This document shows, piece by piece, positions 59,450-64,000 of a DNA stretch of 64,000 bases. Under the pieces are notes generated by a model that was not told where the DNA came from, did no database searches, and saw only the letters and a list, made by a program, of their open reading frames with translations. Position numbers and translations under genes: made by a program. The first letter of the stretch is position 1. Every line of letters starts with the position of its first letter. This DNA comes from Selaginella moellendorffii (Eukaryota > Plantae > Lycopodiophyta), in NCBI RefSeq assembly GCF_000143415.4, contig NW_003314263.1, forward strand, positions 3,854,451 to 3,918,450, read 5' to 3'.

Positions 59450-62400
59450 GTAAGCATTTTAATATTAATTTAAGTAAGTGCTTTTTCTTCTAGATTTCCT
59501 ATCAAGTTTTAATGGGTGTCAACTAGTGATGTTCTACTTTCAATGTTCTATACTTTCCTAGATTTTGGTGTGTATGTCAAACTTTCATATTGCCCTCAGA
59601 ACATCTTGAGGTAGCTAATCAGTGTTAAGTTTTAATCCTCCTTATAGAAATACTAAATTCTCTAGATTTATAGAAAGTCTTGTCTTAGCAAGATTGCCTA
59701 CTTGACTTAAGATGACATGAACACTAGTGACCACAACTGCATCAGAAATCTCATTCTTTCCTCAATCCTCCTTTCAAAAGGTAAGAAAAGGAAAAACATT
59801 ACTTGAGTTGCATCTAACAAATGATTTCTAGAAATGATGCTAATATACTGTTGCAGCCATCCATGGTCAAGATATGGAATGTCTAACTTCAACAGGAGTG
59901 CTTGCCAGCCCCAACACTCCAATGCAACTAGAAAGGACCATACTTACTGCTTGCCCTTGATGCTCACCAAGCTCGCTTTTGATAGAGCATGCTTCTATGC
60001 TCAATGTTAATATACCTGAAGCTTTCAGCAGTTCATATAAGTTCACCCCTAGAGCCTCATTGTATCCACTGTGCTGGCTGGAGAGATGGGCAATGTGAGC
60101 ACCATGCTATGGTGCTTTATAGCCTCTTGAAACTTCCCATGTCTCTAGCAAGAAGCTACTTCAAGGTACACATGAAATTTTTCTTAATGACACTGAAAAG
60201 TGGCAAGGAGAAAATGAAGAGAGGTGGTGGAAGCTTACTGAGGACCTAAGCAGCTTTCTTCTACTCAACATGGACATTGAGTTCAGAGTTATCACCTCTC
60301 GGAACACATCAAAGGCAGCTTATGAGTTCTTCTTGCATGCTCTCTTGTGATCACAAAGCATTTAGTGTAACAAAACTGCTAAAAGAGAGAAAATCTAAGA
60401 CATAAAGTGAGGTGTTAAACCATAAGATATAAAGCTTTTGCCAAAGCAATGCCGATAGATGAGATCTGTGAATCTTAAATTATCAGTTCTAAGAAGAATA
60501 CTATGGACACCCTGTCCAAATAAACAGTAGAGCTTACATTCCCTGTTTGATTGATCAAAAACTTTGTGAAAGTCTAGTGAATTCGATCGCCATCACTCTT
60601 GTCCTTGAGGTACTTGAGAGAACTGCAGTGTTTGGGCCATTTACATCCAAGCATCATCAAAATTCTTGATAAAATATTCGAATTGGATCCAATTCTGAGT
60701 GAGATATCCCTCGTACCCTTTCAAAGAGTGGGAAGTGTGGCCCAAATCAAGATGAGACTATCTCTTGAAGATACTCTAAGCTGAGTGGCTCTTGCACAGC
60801 GAATTGGTTGCATGGGAATGCCAAAATCTCTAGCCTTGGTGAATGACGACTATAATTGAAGCTATAGTTTGGACGATCCCAGAGAAAGAAACAAAAGATC
60901 AAAAGAACCTTTGTCCACATATTTTACATGGAGCTCGTTGAACTCCTTGGACATGCTTGAAGCACATGGATCATATGAGAAATAATGCAATCAATTAAAA
61001 ATAGGAGATTGACAATCAAGAGAACTTTGTTTTTGTATTTGCTCATGGAATCTTTCTGCCTATGTTTGTCCTATGATCACCTATCCATCAATCAAAAACA
61101 ACAGAGAGTTGGATGGAGGAAGAATACCCTAATAATGGTCTCATAGAGTATAGTCCAGCTCCCTCATGTTCACGATCTTTTCGTTGCTTACCATAGCTTT
61201 CCTCAAACCCTAGTCAGAACTTTGTAAAAAGAATCAGAAAACTATACTTTTCCAAGCTTGTTAATGATTAATCCAATAAGAAAGTGTTGAAAAACCCAAA
61301 CCATTATAAAGTGAAAAAGACTTGATAACACATGCTATTTCATTTTACAAATGCACCAACCATAAACTATGGACTATTATATAGCTATAACAAAACCAAT
61401 ATAGAAAAGTGAAATTTATTTTAACTTATAGCGTATGTGATCATGGGATAAGATTTAGATATATTGTCACCATGAATCTTTGAAACTCTGGAGGATAAAT
61501 AGGGATAAAATAACCACTAAGGACTCTCTCATTAAACAATTGCCCCTTTTTCAATTGCTATTGTTACTACTAGTGTCTCCCACCATCACCACGACTACTT
61601 AGCCAAACAAAGAAGCTCCAAAAGGCCCAAGCTATCATAATATGATCCTAAGCACTTAATAGTTTTCATCTCCCTATTCATCACAATCTCCACCAATGCT
61701 TATGGATTCTTAGCCATCTCTAGCTGAAAGCCATCTTTGAACTCCCAACACTTCAGCCCTAATTAGACACCTCTAGCTTTGCCTTTTAGTTGTGTTTTAG
61801 GGCACCTCCACCTAGGCAAACCTATTTATCAATTAAATCTTGTTTGGAAAGCTTCCAAGGATATTGCTTCCCTACTTGAGCTCTTGCCTCTCCACCTATT
61901 CCAACTAGAGCCTCAACTATGTCTTTCAAGATTGAGCTACATATGTTGAGTTGTGGAGGCATATCCACTTCTGCTCATTAGCTATAGTGTAGGTGCTAGA
62001 CTCATAGTTCTTGTCTCAGCATTATTCGGTAGACTTGTCATTGCTATTGCTTTCATCAGTCTAGGAGCTGGAGGCTTGCTGCAATTGAGGTCCTTGCAGC
62101 TCTATTTGGAGATTTTTAAGGTTTTTACAGCTCTCTATGCTTTATACTTGATTTACTTATTTATTTTAAAATTTATAGAAACTTTATAAATTATTAAGAT
62201 CAATCTAATTGAATGAGGAGGTGTTTAAAAAATTTTAAATTTTTTTATAATTTATAAACATTATGAATATAGAAATAACCCTAGATTTATAGTAAGTGTA
62301 GAGAAAAGGTGGAATAAAAATTGAAGGCACCACCAATGGCATATAGTTATCAAAATCAGTTCTACAAAGTAAAAAGAAGTTGTTTTTAAGGTAATATTGA

Positions 62401-64000
62401 AAATGTAAATATCAAAATGCCAAGTCATCAACAAGTGATATAAAATTTTTAAACTCATTATGAAGCTTTCAAATTCACAACTCAACTTTTTAAGCTTCAC
62501 AAACTTCATATAGAGAGGTATATTTAGCATTGTTCTTTATGGACACTGAATATTAACCATAATAATTGCTAAAGGTATAAAATCTTTATCTATAAAATCC
62601 AATAGTGCTAGAACAATAGACATCTCAAGAATATAAAAAGGAAAAAGGGAGAAAAAATTGATAAAAAGCATCAATGTCAATCATGAAACTTTTTAAGCAA
62701 TTAACAATCTTAAAGTTCTATATCACAAGCTTTAAAGACCATTAAGCAATATAACTAATTAAGTTCTTCCGCTTTAATAATGAAGTGACAATAACATAAT
62801 TTCCCTCTAACAATGTTGAAAGACCATGTGAAGTTTTTCAAAACCCTAAATTGCTATTAAACACTCTTTTATTGTGGAGTAATTTATCTTTACTAATTGT
62901 AATGTATAGTTAATATACAATAGCTACCATAAATCTTTGTAAGGTATAGAGAAATAAGAGAAACTCTATTTGTACTCACACTTCATTCTAAAGCACTAAG
63001 TGTTTATCCTTGAAGGCCTACATGAGGTCCGAATAGAAGTAAAGAAGATATGAAACAACCTCATAATCGCAAAGTGCATTAGAAAGTATAAGTTGAGAAT
63101 ATACTTTTATTTTATCAATATGATAAAGTTATATTTGTAGAGACCTTAATGGAATATCATAAATGTATCAAAAATAAACTCAAAAGAAAATTCTTATGAC
63201 GGAAACTCTAGTTTGTAAAAGAATATAGCAATAGTTATTATATATTGTGCAGCTAAGAGAGCAGCTTGCAAGTTACATAAAAAAGTTTAATATTTTTTAT
63301 TATTTTTAAGTTTTTTCCATATTTAATTTTTTATTTTAGAATATATTAAACTAAAATGGGGTATTATATAAATATTTGAATTTTATAACAAGTCAAAAAT
63401 ATATCATGTTTAAAATTTTTTTATTCTATCCCAAATTTTACCCACCATTAGCATTTTCTCAGCCAACTATTATAAAGAAAACATAATGTAATTATTTATC
63501 ATTAGAAGACTTTGTAAGAACTCACAGAATACTTAAATAATATATATATAGATGATACTTTTTCTCAGGCAAGAACTCAAGGGACTTAAACAATATACAC
63601 TTAATTTAGAATTATCAATGTTTCAGGTTATAACACAGAATATTTACTGACCCTAATTATACCTCCCAAGGATTTGGGACAAGTCATAAGAGAAGATTTA
63701 GAGCTTTACATGATTTAATAATTACGAATGCAGGAGATGGGCAAGATACTAACTCTTTATTTTATGCTGGTAGTATGAGAGTACAGTATCTTAATTTTGC
63801 TATTGATTATTCTTTGAAATTCCAAATAGATCTTTATTATTTGTTAGTACATCTAAAAGAGTTGATGTAAAACCTACAGATACTATAGCATGTTGGATTT
63901 TCTCTTTAAATATTGTGTATCTAATGTCAATTGAAATCTTCTATTTTGTGAAAATATACCATTTCCAAGTAATAAAATAGATCCAATCTCTCTTTTAGAA
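59450..64000. other. AT-rich, visibly CpG-poor region with decayed coding-like remnants (probable old transposon debris)
   Basis: No intact ORF. Stop-interrupted protein-like frames on the minus strand around 60500-61000; composition differs sharply from the genic DNA. No diagnostic TE motif found. Confidence 0.35.

Noticed and set aside
59450-64000. Specific LTR-retrotransposon or hAT assignment
   Set aside because: No RT, integrase or transposase motif, LTR or TIR could be identified by eye.

Overview
Gene-dense land-plant nuclear DNA with very short (~50 nt) GT-AG introns and PLS-type PPR remnants. A Selaginella-like lycophyte origin is my inference from these features. Recognisable genes: an F-box gene, an At4g37920-like plastid protein, V-ATPase subunit H, a double-SWIB protein, a zf-XS-like/coiled-coil/RING protein, CSI1, a PPR-DYW editing factor, a WAT1/UMAMIT transporter, ADPRM, RPL23, two RPL35 copies, IRX9-like GT43, a MAKR/BKI1-like protein, a TEX2-like SMP protein, a TRAF-zinc-finger protein, tRNA-Val(AAC) and tRNA-Ser(UGA). 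The most notable feature is a gene at 54332-57508 (+). Spliced by hand it has 10 exons and an unbroken frame of ~874 aa. It fuses a ParB/sulfiredoxin-like domain (VVDGNHR) to a prokaryote-type beta-class DNA amino-methyltransferase domain (6mA/4mC fold) whose motif IV is atypical (DMPD). It also has an N-terminal NLS-like motif and an upstream E2F-like site. Also present: three decayed Crinkler-like modules (P-loop NTPase; REase+kinase; Uma2-like REase) next to AT-rich islands, and several intron-retaining, deletion-riddled local copies of neighbouring genes (VHA-H twice, SWIB, PPR). All calls come from motif recognition by eye; no database search was run.
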